A stretch of DNA of 60,039 nucleotides, counting the filler, from Fonticula-like sp. SCN 57-25 (lineage: Eukaryota), in NCBI GenBank assembly GCA_001724245.1. It is 4 parts of 4 records of this genome, joined end to end, with 100 filler letters (N's around TTAATTAATTAA, not from the genome) between each part and the next. Parts side by side here need not be neighbours in the genome. Positions count along the whole stretch, not along the records: positions 45,717 to 60,039 come from MEDX01000161.1; 3 more parts are not named here. One strand, 5' to 3'. The notes beneath the pieces are model-generated. The model was not told the origin of the DNA. It saw nothing but the letters and a program-made list of their open reading frames with translations, and did not search any database. Positions 59,906 through 60,039 of this stretch are shown one piece after another (position 1 is the first letter of the stretch; every line of letters starts with the position of its first letter). The position numbers and the translations under genes were made by a program.

Positions 59906-60039
59906 GCGACGTTTGCATATCAAACAATGCTGTGGCGTTGCTGTTTAGACATTGCATTCTTGTTTCTTTTCAACGGTCGTTTGACCGCTTCATCCCTGTT
60001 TCGATGTCAGGTCAATACAATACTAGCACATGAATTTGC

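Overview
Gene-dense, intron-containing eukaryotic DNA, not prokaryotic. Exons are GC-rich and most introns are ~45-60 nt with GTRCG...YAG ends. Four sequence blocks are joined by 100-bp N/TTAATTAATTAA assembly spacers, so adjacency across the gaps is unproven. Gene content mixes fungal-type genes (Def1-like, stand-alone ProA, Mei2, PDX1, fungal-type kinesin-1 tail, Hog1-like domain) with animal-type genes (RNF213, FANCE, GAS2, HDAC6 ZnF-UBP), which suggests an early-branching opisthokont protist (inference). About 25 genes can be reconstructed by manual splicing. The most notable items are: (1) a ~4,000-aa RNF213/mysterin-like AAA+ E3 ligase with a variant RZ finger and no recognisable RING; (2) a MAPKAP-kinase-like domain fused to a degenerate p38/Hog1 pseudokinase; (3) a Crinkler-type ubiquitin-like header family that includes a decaying Ubl-REase-kinase gene and a stand-alone di-Ubl gene; (4) a strand-symmetric C-to-G skew wave across exons flanking long AT-rich introns; (5) an unannotated eL41 gene with a structured 5'UTR element. 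All calls are from motif recognition by eye; no searches were run.
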